A stretch of 62,610 nt of DNA, counting the filler, from Dugesia japonica (taxonomy: Eukaryota): assembly GCA_001938525.1 (NCBI GenBank). It is 5 parts of 5 records of this genome, joined end to end, with 100 filler letters (N's around TTAATTAATTAA, not from the genome) between each part and the next. Parts side by side here need not be neighbours in the genome. Positions count along the whole stretch, not along the records: positions 8,624 to 27,701 come from MQRL01645115.1; positions 27,802 to 37,172 come from MQRL01264084.1; positions 37,273 to 48,425 come from MQRL01609290.1; 2 more parts are not named here. One strand, written 5' to 3'. This document shows, one piece after another, positions 26,795 through 38,660 of this stretch. The notes under the pieces are model-generated. The model was not told the DNA's origin. It ran no database searches and worked only from the letters and a program-made list of their open reading frames with translations. A program made the translations under genes and the position numbers. Position 1 is the first letter of the stretch, and every line of letters starts with the position of its first letter.

Positions 26795-27701
26795 AGTAGG
26801 GGGATAGTAGCGCTAGGCGAGAGGGCCCCCCCCAGGTGGGGCTCGGAAACGCATTACGTTGAGCTGCGTTTTTTTAAATCGATAATTATTGATTATCGAT
26901 TTTTAATCTGATTGATTATCGATTTTTGATCTGATAATTTTTTTGATCGGATCAGATTTTTTGATCAGATCAATTTTTTTTGATCGGATCAGTTTTTTTA
27001 TCTTTTTTTTACCTTTTTTTAAAATTTTTTTTTTACCTTTTTTACCTTTTTTTTAAGAGAGAATTTTTTTTTAATTGTTTTTTGTTTTAATAATTAAACT
27101 TTTTTGTTTTAATTAATGAAGTTTTTTTTTGTTTTAATTAATGAAAATGGTTTGTTTTAATAAATGAAGTTTTTTTTTGTTTTCATAAATACTAGAATTT
27201 TGTTGGTAATTAAAAATTTTTTTTTGTGAGAAGACTTTATATTTATGTATTCTTGATATTTTGGATGCGAAGTATTTATATTTTGCATAGAATGGGAGGA
27301 AATCTTTTTAATATAATTAAATTTAATTAAATAAAATAAATTAAATTAACTTATTTATGCATTGTATGGGCAGTCTCTATATTTATGCATGGTATAGGCA
27401 GTCACTATATTTATATATGAGATGGGGCAGTCTTGATATTTTTAAGATATTATTACAAGATATGTGCAGTCTTGTAATTTTTAAGATATTATTATTACAA
27501 GATATGTGCAGTCTTGTAATTTTTAAGATATTATTATTACAAGATATGTGCAGTCTTGTTATTTTTAAGATATGTGCAATCTTGTTATTTTTAAGATATT
27601 ATTACAAAATATTATTACAATAGTTGCCTAGACTCAGATCCGCAAAATGGTCAGGAATTCCAAGTCAACTGTTATTTATTCAATACATGACATTTTTTTA
27701 T
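26795..27701 (+). mobile_element. Probable Polinton terminal inverted repeat inserted into integrase
   Basis: Begins AGTAG exactly where integrase coding stops. GC-rich tip followed by tandem repeats (e.g. ~38-nt AAGATATGTGCAGTCTTG units at 27440-27620). Shares sequence with 16025-16190 and, inverted, with 29100-29700. Confidence 0.55.
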
Positions 27702-27801
27702 NNNNNNNNNNNNNNNNNNNNNNNNNNNNNNNNNNNNNNNNNNNNTTAATTAATTAANNNNNNNNNNNNNNNNNNNNNNNNNNNNNNNNNNNNNNNNNNN
27801 N
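27702..27801. other. Artificial scaffold spacer
   Basis: N44-TTAATTAATTAA-N44. Confidence 0.97.
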
Positions 27802-29706
27802 AGATTTTTTAATAAAAATTGCAACATTTATGAGATTTTTTATTAAAAATTGCATGACTAATATGTTTTTATTAGAAAATTTATAAAAAAGTTCTGTTTT
27901 TATCGTCTTGTAAAGAAAAGTTTTAATTTGAATATTTTATCATGTAAATATCACAAAGACTCCCTTCTTTGAATATTTTATCAAGTTAATTAATTTTATT
28001 TAAATTTTAGACTGACCAATATCTTGCAATAATATCAAGACTGCTCAATATCATACTTAATATCAAGAGTACATCAATGTTTTAATAATGAATGCAGTAT
28101 AGATGCAATAAGAATGCAATACAGCAACAATTCCCTGGGAATTTTTAAAAAATGCAATAGGCACGAAATTGGGTTGCAATAATGATGCAACAAAGCTGCA
28201 ACACACATTCATTGAAAATCATGCGCCTAAGAATTTTTTAAATTTCCCGCAAAAAATAATGTTTTTTTAAATTTCCGGTCAAAAAAAAATTTTTTAAATT
28301 TCCTGCCAAAAATAAGTGCGATAGGTATGAAATATGAATGCAATACAGCAACACATGTCTGAGAATTTTAATAAATGCAATAGGCATGCAACTCAAATGC
28401 TACACAATTGAAACACACCAGCACGTGCATGGGAATTTTTTAAACTACTCAAACCATGAAAATATAGCATTAATCTAAAGAAAATCGCTCCCACATAGCG
28501 TAACTATGTAAATAATACAAACTATACATGGTAACTAAGTAACTAATCCGTAACTATGTAAATTATAGTATAATTTTTAAAAATTTATATTTTATTCATT
28601 TCATATTAACATAATTATAATAATTACAATTATGATTTGAAGAAATTAAAAAATCAATAATTATATTGATTACTTAATTTTATATTATCATAATTGTAAA
28701 TATTATAATTATGCTAATATGAATTAGAATTCTTGATTTTAAATGCATTTTTTATATGAAATTTAAAAATAATCAATATCTTTATTGATTTTTTAATTTC
28801 ATATTTACTTAATTGCATTTAAAATTCAAAATGGAAAATTAAATATGTAGAATTTAAAAATGGTGAGTTTATCTTTTTTATATGTTAATTTAATGTAAAT
28901 TTAGGTAAATCAAAGAAAAAGTGCCATTATTATATGGTCTATTCTGATTAAAGGTTCCATTAATATGGTCTATGATATTTAAAGGTTCCATAGTAATATG
29001 GTCTATGATATTTAAAGGTTCCATAGTAATATGGTCTATAATGTTAAAAGGTTCCATTAATATAGTCAAAGATGTCTAATATGTGCTAAATAGTATAATA
29101 AAAATGTCTTGTATTGAATAAGTAACAGTTGCTTTGGAATTCCTGACCATTTTGCGGATCTGAGTCTAGTCAACTATTGACGATGATGACTGATTATTTT
29201 TAAAATAATTGAAGTGGTGTTCAATTATGTCCGAATGTGAACGGATAGAAGCACTGCTACCGGAGATGCACATACTGTAATCGAACTTAGCTTAGTTAAA
29301 ACTTCGCAAGCTAATCGATAAGTTCAATTATGAACAGACTCGAATTGGATGCTAAAGACCTTGATGGATTCGCTCCGTCGGACTGTACATGTAGGAGGAG
29401 GTTGTTTAATGGTATGAAGGAAAACAAGACTGTTACTGAAAGAATGCATGAAAATAATTATTAATAATTTATTTCAACTAATTAACTTATTAAAATTTAA
29501 TTAATTTCTTATTCCTTAAATACCTTTGAGTATATGTATTTAGACTACCATGAGCATATGTATTTAGACTGTCCCATCTCATGCTAAATATAGTCTCCCC
29601 ATTCAAAATATAGAGTCTCTCATGCAAAATATAGAGAATCCTCCTATACTATGCAAAATATAGACTCTCCATACCATGCTTAATACAGAGAATCCCCCCA
29701 TACTAT
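27802..29706. repeat. Non-coding repeat-rich region, probably Polinton subterminal
   Basis: ~30-nt ATATGGTCTATGATATTTAAAGGTTCCAT repeats at 28930-29070. 29101-29178 is a reverse-complement match to 27620-27695. Confidence 0.55.
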
Positions 29707-31345
29707 TGTTGGGGTCCCACCTAAGTTGAGTGAAAAGGGGTGGTGGCTGGGGAAAAAACAGCATTCAGGGGAACCCTTTTAAGAATTTAACCTAACGCCC
29801 CAGGTTAGGTCTTCAGTTTATGGTGGTTGACCTCTCTCATAATGAGAGGTGCGCGCCCATAAACCTTTTGGTTTGGGTTCATTATTTTCCTTTAACTGGT
29901 ACCAACATTTAAATCAGTGACACTGCAAACATTTATTATAATAAATTTACATTTCGTCTAACACACTAGGGCCTAACCATTGGTCCGGATCTGTCGCTAA
30001 AAATCCGAAGGCGGCGACATCATCGTTATCGTCCCAAGGGACCCAATTTGGGTTGCCAATTTGGCGTGAAAGATCAGCGATGTATTGTTTCAAAAACTCG
30101 ATCTTCCTCAGTAATAATTGCTTGTTTTCGACTTCCAAGGCCTTAGCGTGAACTGCTAAATCGTTCTGCTTTTTTACGATTAAGTCTAACCTCTTTATCA
30201 ATCTGTCCCTCTGAGACAAACGCTTAAGCAGAGCCGATCTGTCTTACGCTCCAAGTGTCTTTCGATCAGAAGTCGGCGCATGATGCGGTGGCACCTACGG
30301 AGGTTATTGGGAAAATTGATGGAGGCACTAAAAAATAAAATAAGTTAAATGTATAATTGTTCGACCACAAAAGTCATGCGAACATTAAGGTAATAACAGA
30401 ATCCAAAAGTTTAATAATAACTTTATTAACAAAAAAAATTTATTTCCATATGACTAGCTTCGAGGGGTCTGAGTGCCCTTCTCGATCATCAACGGCTCGA
30501 GAGGGATTTTCTCCCGGAGAAGTAAAATATCGCTAACCAGTTTATTTTCTCGGTCATGGCTAGACCGGATTATATCCGAAAAAGACTCTACTTGTCTTTT
30601 CCAAATGCGCTCCTGGGAATGAGAGGCTTCTGCTTCCTTTTTAAAGAGCGCGCATTTTTTCTTATAGCGTAAGACCTTACTATTGGCCGCGGATACTTCA
30701 GCTTCCCATCGGCGTTTGGTTAATCGATATAAATCCCACTGAGTTCGAAGTCCGCACTGGTATCTCGGGATTTCTTAGTAGGGGCTGGAGGACGGTTGAA
30801 TGAGGGATGCACTAAAACGAAAAAATATATAACGACAAAAGCTCTCATAACTTTATGTTTCTAAAAAGACACAGTAGTCACAAATTTGATTGCTAAGTTC
30901 TAGAACACCTAATTTGACTTGCAAACCTGGAAAACGACTTGAGAACGAGGAAAAAACAAAAATCTCTTAAAAAACACACAGAACACCGAACATATATTTT
31001 AAACAAGGACATGCAGATAAGTTATTATATGTCACACATATTAATCACTGAGGAGAAGTTGAGGAATCCGGTACGCGTGCGGTATTTTCCGAGTCTTTAC
31101 TAGCCGAAGGCTCTCTTATCTCCCAGAGCAGGTTAGAGATGAAGGACTGTACCGCGGGAGCTGGGGGTGGCATTGTAGGCTGAAACTGGAAAGGCGTCGC
31201 AAGGGGCGAACAGGGCCTGTCCAGGCTCGGTATTGTTGACGCTCGCCGAAGTCTCTGATGCGCTCCACGATAGATTCTACCGGAGGCAAATTTGATCGGT
31301 CGGCCAAAATGGCCGCGTCCCGATTGTGAGGGTTGTAATATCGTC
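29707..31345 (-). mobile_element. GC-richer insertion with small ORFs and a 201-bp LTR-like end, truncating PolB
   Basis: TGTTGG (29707)...CCAACA (29907). Abrupt composition change at ~31345 where PolB homology ends. Confidence 0.45.
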
Positions 31346-32360
31346 GTAAAAATGAAAATGAAATGTAAACATCAGTATTTAATGGAATTAGATTTTTGAT
31401 TTCAGATGGATATAATTTACACAATTCTGTAAAAATAAAGTGATTATCAAATTTTGAAGCATTGTGTGCATAAATTGGAATAAAATACTTTTTTATTGAT
31501 TTATCTTCAAGAATACATTCTTTATGAGCATATCCTCTAAAATTACCATTCCAGTGATTATGATCTTTAACAATTTCTGAATATTCATTAAATATTTTTT
31601 CACAATAATAACATTTTATAGGTAAGCCAACAATTGTAGAAGGATCCAATGGAAACATTTTATCTTTGAGGATTATTTTAACTATTTTATTAAATCTAAC
31701 TAACCAATTGATGAATTTTTCTATACAATCAAGACCAAAGAAATCCATGTAAAGACTAGGAAGTAATGGTGAATTTGAAACTAGATTAAACCCCAAAAAC
31801 ATCGGTTTTAGGATATCATTGTCATTAAAAGTTTCAATATCATAATAAATAGTAAAAGGATTTTGATTTTTGTAATAAAATTTAGTAAATCTATACCTAT
31901 CTTGAAAAGTAAATTTCATGGTTGATGATTTGAAATTAAAACAAGATTTTTGATGATTGGTTAATGAAACAAGGTTTCTTTTAAATGTCATACAGTTTAT
32001 ACAAATTTCTTGTAAATGATGACTCTTGGTAAATATTTTACGTAAATCACGAATTAGTATATAATGATTGTTGAATAATAATAAATTACATTTTCGTTCA
32101 GTATGTAATGGATATGTAATCAAAATGTGTGTGTCAAAATTGTATTGTCGTTTCACATGAAGTTTACAAGCTACACAGTAATATGTTTTTTCAGGTGTTA
32201 CAAAAGTCACTGGCTGTTGGGCCACTGACTGTTGGGCCACTGACTGTTGGGCCACTGGCTGTTGGGCCACTGACTGTTGGGCCACTGGCTGTGCAGAAGA
32301 AGTTTTGAACAAATTTTTGTTATTTTGTTTAGTCGCAATTTCAATTCTAGCTCTAGACAT
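31346..32360 (-). pseudogene. Polinton PolB N-terminal/exonuclease region, truncated
   Basis: NHYILIRDL, IYYDIET (Exo I), DHNHWNGNFRGYAH, PIYAHNASKFDNHFI (Exo II). A 15-bp AQQSV/AQQPV coding repeat lies at 32205-32290. Confidence 0.9.
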
Positions 32361-32529
32361 TTTAAGTATATTTATTTAGTCTTGAATTAAAGTCCAACTT
32401 TCAAAATTTCATTTTTTCCAAAGTCTAACTTAAATTTTTTATATTTGCTAAAACGTCTGGATCCACTTTGTTGTCCACTTTGCTACCAGCCTTGTGATCT
32501 ACTTTGTGATCCAACTTGTGACTAATTTT

Positions 32530-33353
32530 TTATAATTTATTATAATGTTTAATCTTTTCAGATATCCAATTTAAATCATTTTGAAAATCGTACAATCTAG
32601 ACTTGTTTAATTTATTTTTCATTTCTAAAATTAATTCATTATCTGTTAAATGAGATTCTTCATTTCTTAAACTGGGATAGATTTTATAAACATATTTACC
32701 AGTCAAGTCTTGAAAAGAATTTTCAACTTGATAGTCGATTTCAGTAATTCCATCATTATTAAGATCATCATTCATTTTCTATACAAAAATTATTTAATAT
32801 TATTTGTTAAAATTTTAATACTTGATAAAAATACTCCTTTGGAAATCCATATTGAAAAATAAGTAATTTTTATTTTTGGTTTTATTTCTGTCTTTAATGA
32901 TTTTAAACCTGATGTAATTTCATTTGGTGATTGAACTTCTGATGATTTCATTGAAAATCTATATATTTTATTCTTTTTTGGTTCAAATATAAAATTTTTA
33001 AAAGATTCATTTGTTTTTAAAAAAATTTCAATATACTTGGTTTTGGGATATCCTATAAATTCAAAAAACAATTCACCTGGTTAGTTTGTTTCAAAATTTA
33101 TTTTTAATCTATCCAAGAGATGATAGTAATAATTCATTTCAATGATTTCCATTTTTCCTTTTCTTACAATTGATGAAATTTTTAAATAATCCTTGTTTAA
33201 TATGGTAATAACTGGTAAATTATTTAAAGGACTCATTGTTGATAAACTAAAGATTGTTTTGTTCAAATCTTTATCTTGAAAAGATGTAGGTTTATATGGA
33301 AAATAATTATTTACAAGTGATTTTAATTTAATCAACAACAGGTGAATAAACAT
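32530..33353 (-). CDS. Three small Polinton ORFs (truncated membrane-protein homolog 32530-32775; hypothetical 32790-33071; NYFP family 33081-33353)
   Basis: Homology and synteny with copies at 2005-2923 and 10330-11501. Confidence 0.65.
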
Positions 33354-33373
33354 TTTTTATCCAAATTTTCTTG

Positions 33374-34012
33374 TTACAATTTCTTGTAAATCTTGACAAC
33401 ACTAGTCAAATCAAAATGATTAGTTATTAAATTTATTCTACTCTTTAACTCTGGTAAAGGATCGTTTAAAGTTTGAAGATGATATTGTTCATGATATTCA
33501 AACTTGGCTTTCAACACATTTAATTCTTGATTAATCTTTTTTAAAACATCTGGTGAACAAGTACTTGAAATATTTTCAATTTTGGTTTTTAAATCTTTCA
33601 ACTGTTTTTTTATTTCACCATATTTTACATCATCATCATATTTTACATCATTCTTTATTTCACTTTTTAAATTATTAATTTTAACCAACAAGTCACTTTT
33701 TTCTTCAATAAACTTTTGTGAAATTTTTACATTTGCTTTTTCTAATTCTTGAATAGTGACTTGCTGTTTAATTAAAGTATTTTCTAGTTTTTTAATTTTT
33801 TTATCAACAAAAATATTTATATAATAATCAACATATTCTTTATTCACTACATCATGTTTATTAATCGGTTTTGTTTTTATTTGTAAATTTGAAACTGAAT
33901 CACCAGTTTTATTAACATATTTATCATCAATCATTTCCAATAAATTAGAAGTTCCCATTGAATCTAAAGTACTTCCAAATCTGTTCATTATTGAATTTGA
34001 AAATGTATGCAT
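33374..34012 (-). CDS. Polinton coiled-coil/fibre-like protein
   Basis: Intact 212-aa ORF with PINKHDVVNKEYVD motif and heptads. Confidence 0.65.
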   Translation of the reverse strand: MHTFSNSIMNRFGSTLDSMGTSNLLEMIDDKYVNKTGDSVSNLQIKTKPINKHDVVNKEYVDYYINIFVDKKIKKLENTLIKQQVTIQELEKANVKISQKFIEEKSDLLVKINNLKSEIKNDVKYDDDVKYGEIKKQLKDLKTKIENISSTCSPDVLKKINQELNVLKAKFEYHEQYHLQTLNDPLPELKSRINLITNHFDLTSVVKIYKKL

Positions 34013-34016
34013 TTAT

Positions 34017-34529
34017 TTAATACAGATTTTTATTCGATAATAATATTTTCAAAGTCTTTAGTTTGAACCATTCTTTAAATAATATAAATACACAAATCCT
34101 AGTTCCACAAGGCTGTACTTGATTTTTGTTTATTTCACATTTACTTTTCAATCCTAGTAATGTCAATAACTTTTCAACTGGTTTGATTAAAGGTAAGCCA
34201 AAAGAATCAAAATAAAAAGCTAAATTATTAAAGATTACAAGAGCAACCCAATGGCTTCCTTTTTGATTCGAATTTTGATAGTTTATTATGTAATTAATGG
34301 GAATTTTATAATTTTCTAAATCTTGTAAATTAGTCAACTCATTAGACATTACTACTTGGATATTTAAATTTAAAAAATCAGCAATTGTTAATAAATCAAA
34401 ATTAGTCATTGTTTGAATTCCAAAAGTCTTTAAAAAATCTAAAATGTTGTATTCACATTTTACATATACCATTTTTGTATGCGACATTTTGTATGTGTCA
34501 TTTTGTATGCGACATTTTGTATGTGTCAT
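34017..34529 (-). pseudogene. Adenain-like cysteine protease, C-terminus frameshifted
   Basis: GSHWVA, YFDSFG and QVQPCGTRIC. The 5' end overlaps a 14-nt CATTTTGTATGYG repeat (34470-34560). Confidence 0.9.
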
Positions 34530-34568
34530 TTTGTATGCGACATTTTGTATGTGTCATTTACATAAACA

Positions 34569-35240
34569 TCAATACCTTGATTTTCTAACATGAAGCAAAA
34601 CACTAATCTTTTCTCCATCAAAGCCAATTGGATCATAATTTTCATCTACTACATTTAATTTGATTCTAGAAATTGTATCTGTATTTAATTTTGAATAAAT
34701 TGGATNNNNNNNNNNNNNNNNNNNNNNNNNNNNNNNNNNNNNNNNNNNNNNNNNNNNNNNNNNNNNNNNNNNNNNNNNNNNNNNNNNNNNNNNNNNNNNN
34801 NNNNNNNNNNNNCATGTAATATTCATTGAATTTATATTTATAATATTTACTTTATTTAAAGATTCATATTTCCCTGGTTTGTATTCTTTAGCTTGAACTT
34901 CAAATCCCAAAACTAGATGAAAAAAACTAGACTTGTCAAATGTTAATTTATAATCTGTTTTTATTTCAATTACACTTTTGCCTGTAGAAACATTACAAGT
35001 TAATATAATTTCGGGCAACAACTTTTCAGCCAATTGTTTAATTTCATAAGAACCCAGTGTAATTGTTTTTTCAATATTATTTATTTTATACTTGTTGATT
35101 TTACTTGTAATGTTAAAAATCATGTTGTATGTAGAAAACCAAATTAAACCAATTTCATATTCNNNNNNTAATTTTAAAGCACTTGTTAAATTTAATTCCA
35201 AATTATTTTCATTACCAAAAATTAAAAATTGATGAGACAT
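34569..35240 (-). CDS. Polinton penton/minor capsid protein
   Basis: EYEIGLIWFSTYNMIFNIT...LGF...PIY...IKLNVVDENYDPIGFDGEKISVLLHVR. Confidence 0.85.
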   Translation of the reverse strand: MSHQFLIFGNENNLELNLTSALKLXXEYEIGLIWFSTYNMIFNITSKINKYKINNIEKTITLGSYEIKQLAEKLLPEIILTCNVSTGKSVIEIKTDYKLTFDKSSFFHLVLGFEVQAKEYKPGKYESLNKVNIININSMNITXXXXXXXXXXXXXXXXXXXXXXXXXXXXXXXXXXXXXPIYSKLNTDTISRIKLNVVDENYDPIGFDGEKISVLLHVRKSRY

Positions 35241-35244
35241 TTAT

Positions 35245-36112
35245 TAAATATTATATTTATCTTTTGTTATTAAATTTCTATTAAACAATTCATCAGTCAC
35301 ATTTTTAATATCCTTATCCAAATTTGTATGACCAGCTTTTTTAGCAGAAATTAATCTAGTCAAGTCTTCAAATAGTTTAATTGAATCTCCTTGGCGGGCT
35401 GCTTCAAATTTGTATTTAACATCTCCATATTTAACATCTCCATCTTCTTTTTTAATATTATTAATATTATTAAAATATTCATCAAAAGTTAAATCTTGTC
35501 TACATGCATTAAAATAATGTGATTTATAAAATTTAATACCAAATCCATTTAAATAAATTTCTCTAGCATTAACATCATTTGAACCATAACCAAAGATTAA
35601 ATTTAAAATTTCTTGATCGAATTTTATAAATTTATTTAAATGATGAACATAAAAATATTTAATCCNNNATCTTTTTCAACAAGAGATATATTAATGTTGT
35701 TTATTATAAAACTCTTTAATCTTTGATTTTTAATTACTTTAACTAAGTCTTCCATAGGAATTAAAGTTGGAGGAATTTGATACTTGTTTGTTATTTCTTT
35801 ATTTATAAAAAAAAATTCATATTCAACATTATCTATTATAATATATTCATTATCAACTTGTTTATCAAGTGGTTTGTCAATTTGTTTGTCAAGTGGTTTA
35901 TCAACTTGTTTTAAATCTTTAATTGCATTAATTAAGGGAGTCTGTTTAATAGTTTCATGTTGAATTAAATTTTCATAATCAGTTGTATTATTTGTAATTA
36001 AATTATCATATTTTTCTCGTGCACCAATTTGTTGTTTGATTAATTTTATTCTATCACTTAACCAATTGTCCATTTTTTTATAAACTTTTTTCAAGATCAT
36101 TATCATCATCAA
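35245..36112 (-). pseudogene. Conserved Polinton hypothetical protein
   Basis: C-terminal RLISAKKAGHTNLDKDIKNVTDEL resembles the LxxxxxAGN...I..I.DEL motif common upstream of Polinton penton genes. Frameshifted. Confidence 0.55.
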
Positions 36113-36615
36113 ATTTATAAGGTCTTAAATATATTCCATCTCTTAGTTTTTCTATTTTTAATGCTTGCTTTAAATTTTTAGTTTCCAACTTCTTGAAATG
36201 AGGATGATCCCTAAAACAAGAATATTTAAAATATTTATGAATAGCCGATCCTTGATATGGATTTAAATAGATTCCACCACCTTACTTAGAAATACTTTCT
36301 TGATTCATTAATTCAATTGTTTTTTCAATTTCTTCAATTTCCTTCTTTTTTTACTGCATCTCGTGAATTTGCAACTGCAGATGCAATTCCAGCGGTTGCA
36401 CCAACTACACCTGCAGTTGTACTTATGCCAGCAATTATTCCAGGAATTAAACCCAATAGTGGTAAAAATCCACCTTCTTTTTTATTTGAAAGTTTCTTTG
36501 AAAGTTCTTCTTTTACTCGTTTCCCTATCCAATAATTTTTCCCATTAATTGAAATTGATTTACACTTTTTGCTATTAATTAAATCTATTAAACCTTGTTC
36601 TGTGATGTTTGTCAT
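36100..36615 (-). pseudogene. Adenovirus pX/mu-like core protein
   Basis: KEGGFLPLLGLIPGIIAG...AGIASAV, followed by GGGIYLNPY and DGIYLRPY repeats after a frameshift. Confidence 0.75.
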
Positions 36616-36789
36616 TTTTTGAAATATAAAATTTAAATTGAAGATTCTAAAATGAGGGGAAAGACTACTACTAGTACAACTGTTAAAGTTATTACAACAA
36701 GTGGAACTACATCAAAACCTAAACCTAAACCTAAACCCATTTGTCACTGTAAATCTAATTGTAAATGTAATTGTAAAATTATTATTCTA

Positions 36790-37172
36790 AAATAAATTAT
36801 CCATCAAAACTTCTTTTTCTCTATCTAGATAAAAATAATTATATTTTGTTTTTCAATGATGTTTTGTTTCAAAATCATATTCTTATTTATTACTAAAAAT
36901 ATTACTAAACAAGTCATAATAAACATTATCTTTATCACGCTTACCTAATTTGAAAAATATAAAACAATTACTATTATTTCTTATACTATTTTTATTCAAG
37001 TCGTAATAAGTTTGTGATATATAAATTACATTACAATTATTATGTCTTCCTCTAGTAAAATAAGATTTCTGAATCTGTTAATTTTTTTCATTTACTAAAT
37101 CATCAAAAATAATTAAATTTTTTAAATCTGGTAACTTGTCGCATGGTACAATTTCACTAGGTTTATTACTAA
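36790..37172 (-). pseudogene. Polinton A32/FtsK-like packaging ATPase, C-terminal half
   Basis: LIIFDD (Walker B), FTRGRHNNCNVIYISQ and IRNNSN; cut by the scaffold end. Confidence 0.9.
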
Positions 37173-37272
37173 NNNNNNNNNNNNNNNNNNNNNNNNNNNN
37201 NNNNNNNNNNNNNNNNTTAATTAATTAANNNNNNNNNNNNNNNNNNNNNNNNNNNNNNNNNNNNNNNNNNNN
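37173..37272. other. Artificial scaffold spacer
   Basis: N44-TTAATTAATTAA-N44. Confidence 0.97.
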
Positions 37273-38478
37273 ACACATGCATATACATATATATATACGC
37301 ACTCCCGACAAAAACAAAAAAAATAAAAACAGTAACATTACAATATCATATCATATTATATTATATTATATTATATTATTCTGTAAAAATATTATTACAA
37401 ATATAAAAGAAAGATATATAAATATTTCGTGATGATTTATTGTATAAGTAACAATATACATACATGTAAAAAAATATAGTTTTAGAATTTATTTACAAAC
37501 ATAGGAAAATATTAAATTAAAAATTGCACAAAAGGTTGTAAAATTGTATTTATTATACTTAAAAAAAATTTTATGCCTTATTTGTCATTAAAATTACATG
37601 TTTTGTAATAACATAAATAAAAAGAGAATATTAGAGTTTAAGAAGTTCTGATCTAATAAAATAAAATAAATTTATTTCTATTTCTTTAATAAAATATGTT
37701 TAAACCAAAAAGTGAATTTCTGAAGAAAAATGTTTGTGAAAATTAGGAATTTCTTATAAAAAAATGAAGACAAATTTTTTTGATCTAAACTTTTCAATTT
37801 ATTGAATTTTTAAATTCAAATCCAATTTTTATCATGTCAAACAAAAATTAAAGTATTTATTTACTTGCACTGGTTCAGTATNNNNNNNNNNNNNNNNNNN
37901 NNNNNNNNNNNNNNNNNNNNNNNNNNNNNNNNNNNNNNNNNNNNNNNNNNNNNNNNNNNNNNNNNNNNNNNNNNNNNNNNNNNNNNNNNNNNNNNNNNNN
38001 NNNNNNNNNNNNNNNNNNNNNNNNNNNNNNNNACAATTATTATTACTACGAGAATAATTGTTAGACTTAACCATTGATTGTATTTGATATTTAATTTAAT
38101 TAAAAGATTCTATCAAAATGTTGTTTTATTTTATAATTTTTGTTTGAAATTCGAATTTTTGACTTTTGCTTTAAAAGGAATTAAAAGTTAATTCTTGAAG
38201 AAGAAAAAAGCCAAAAATTCGAAATACTTACAACTACAAAAATATTTTTAAAAAAAACCACATTTTGATCGAAGCTTTTTATGCATTAATAAATGCATTA
38301 GAAAAAAAATTATTTATAATATTATTTATAATCTAGCAAATTTAATCATACATTCAGATAGAATATATTCTTTATTTAGACAATAGAAATCGTTGTATTT
38401 TTAATCAAAATTATAATTTGTATTTAATTTAAATATGAAAAGAATTTTTATTATTAAAAATTATTGAATTCGATAAAC

Positions 38479-38660
38479 TTTAGTCTATGATCATCTTCCG
38501 AAACCAGATAGGGTTTGAAAATTCCTGCTGCAACATCACCAGTTGTATTGGGAGTTACATTATGTGTAAATACGGTAACTTTAACCCCAGGCAAAGTTTC
38601 CAATAAATTAACAGCTACCGATATCCCAATAATTCCTGCACCAATTACTGCAATATGCAT
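38479..38660 (-). CDS. D-amino acid/D-aspartate oxidase family gene A, first coding exon
   Basis: MHIAVIGAGIIG (FAD-binding GxGxxG) and TPNTTGDVAAG. GT donor after 60 codons + 2 nt, the same position as in the paralog. Confidence 0.88.

Noticed and set aside
27357-27623. ORF with repeated LLQDMCSLVIFKI
   Set aside because: Translation of a non-coding tandem repeat.
31116-32360. 414-aa ORF as a novel PolB fusion protein
   Set aside because: The last ~75 aa come from read-through into the insertion that truncates PolB.
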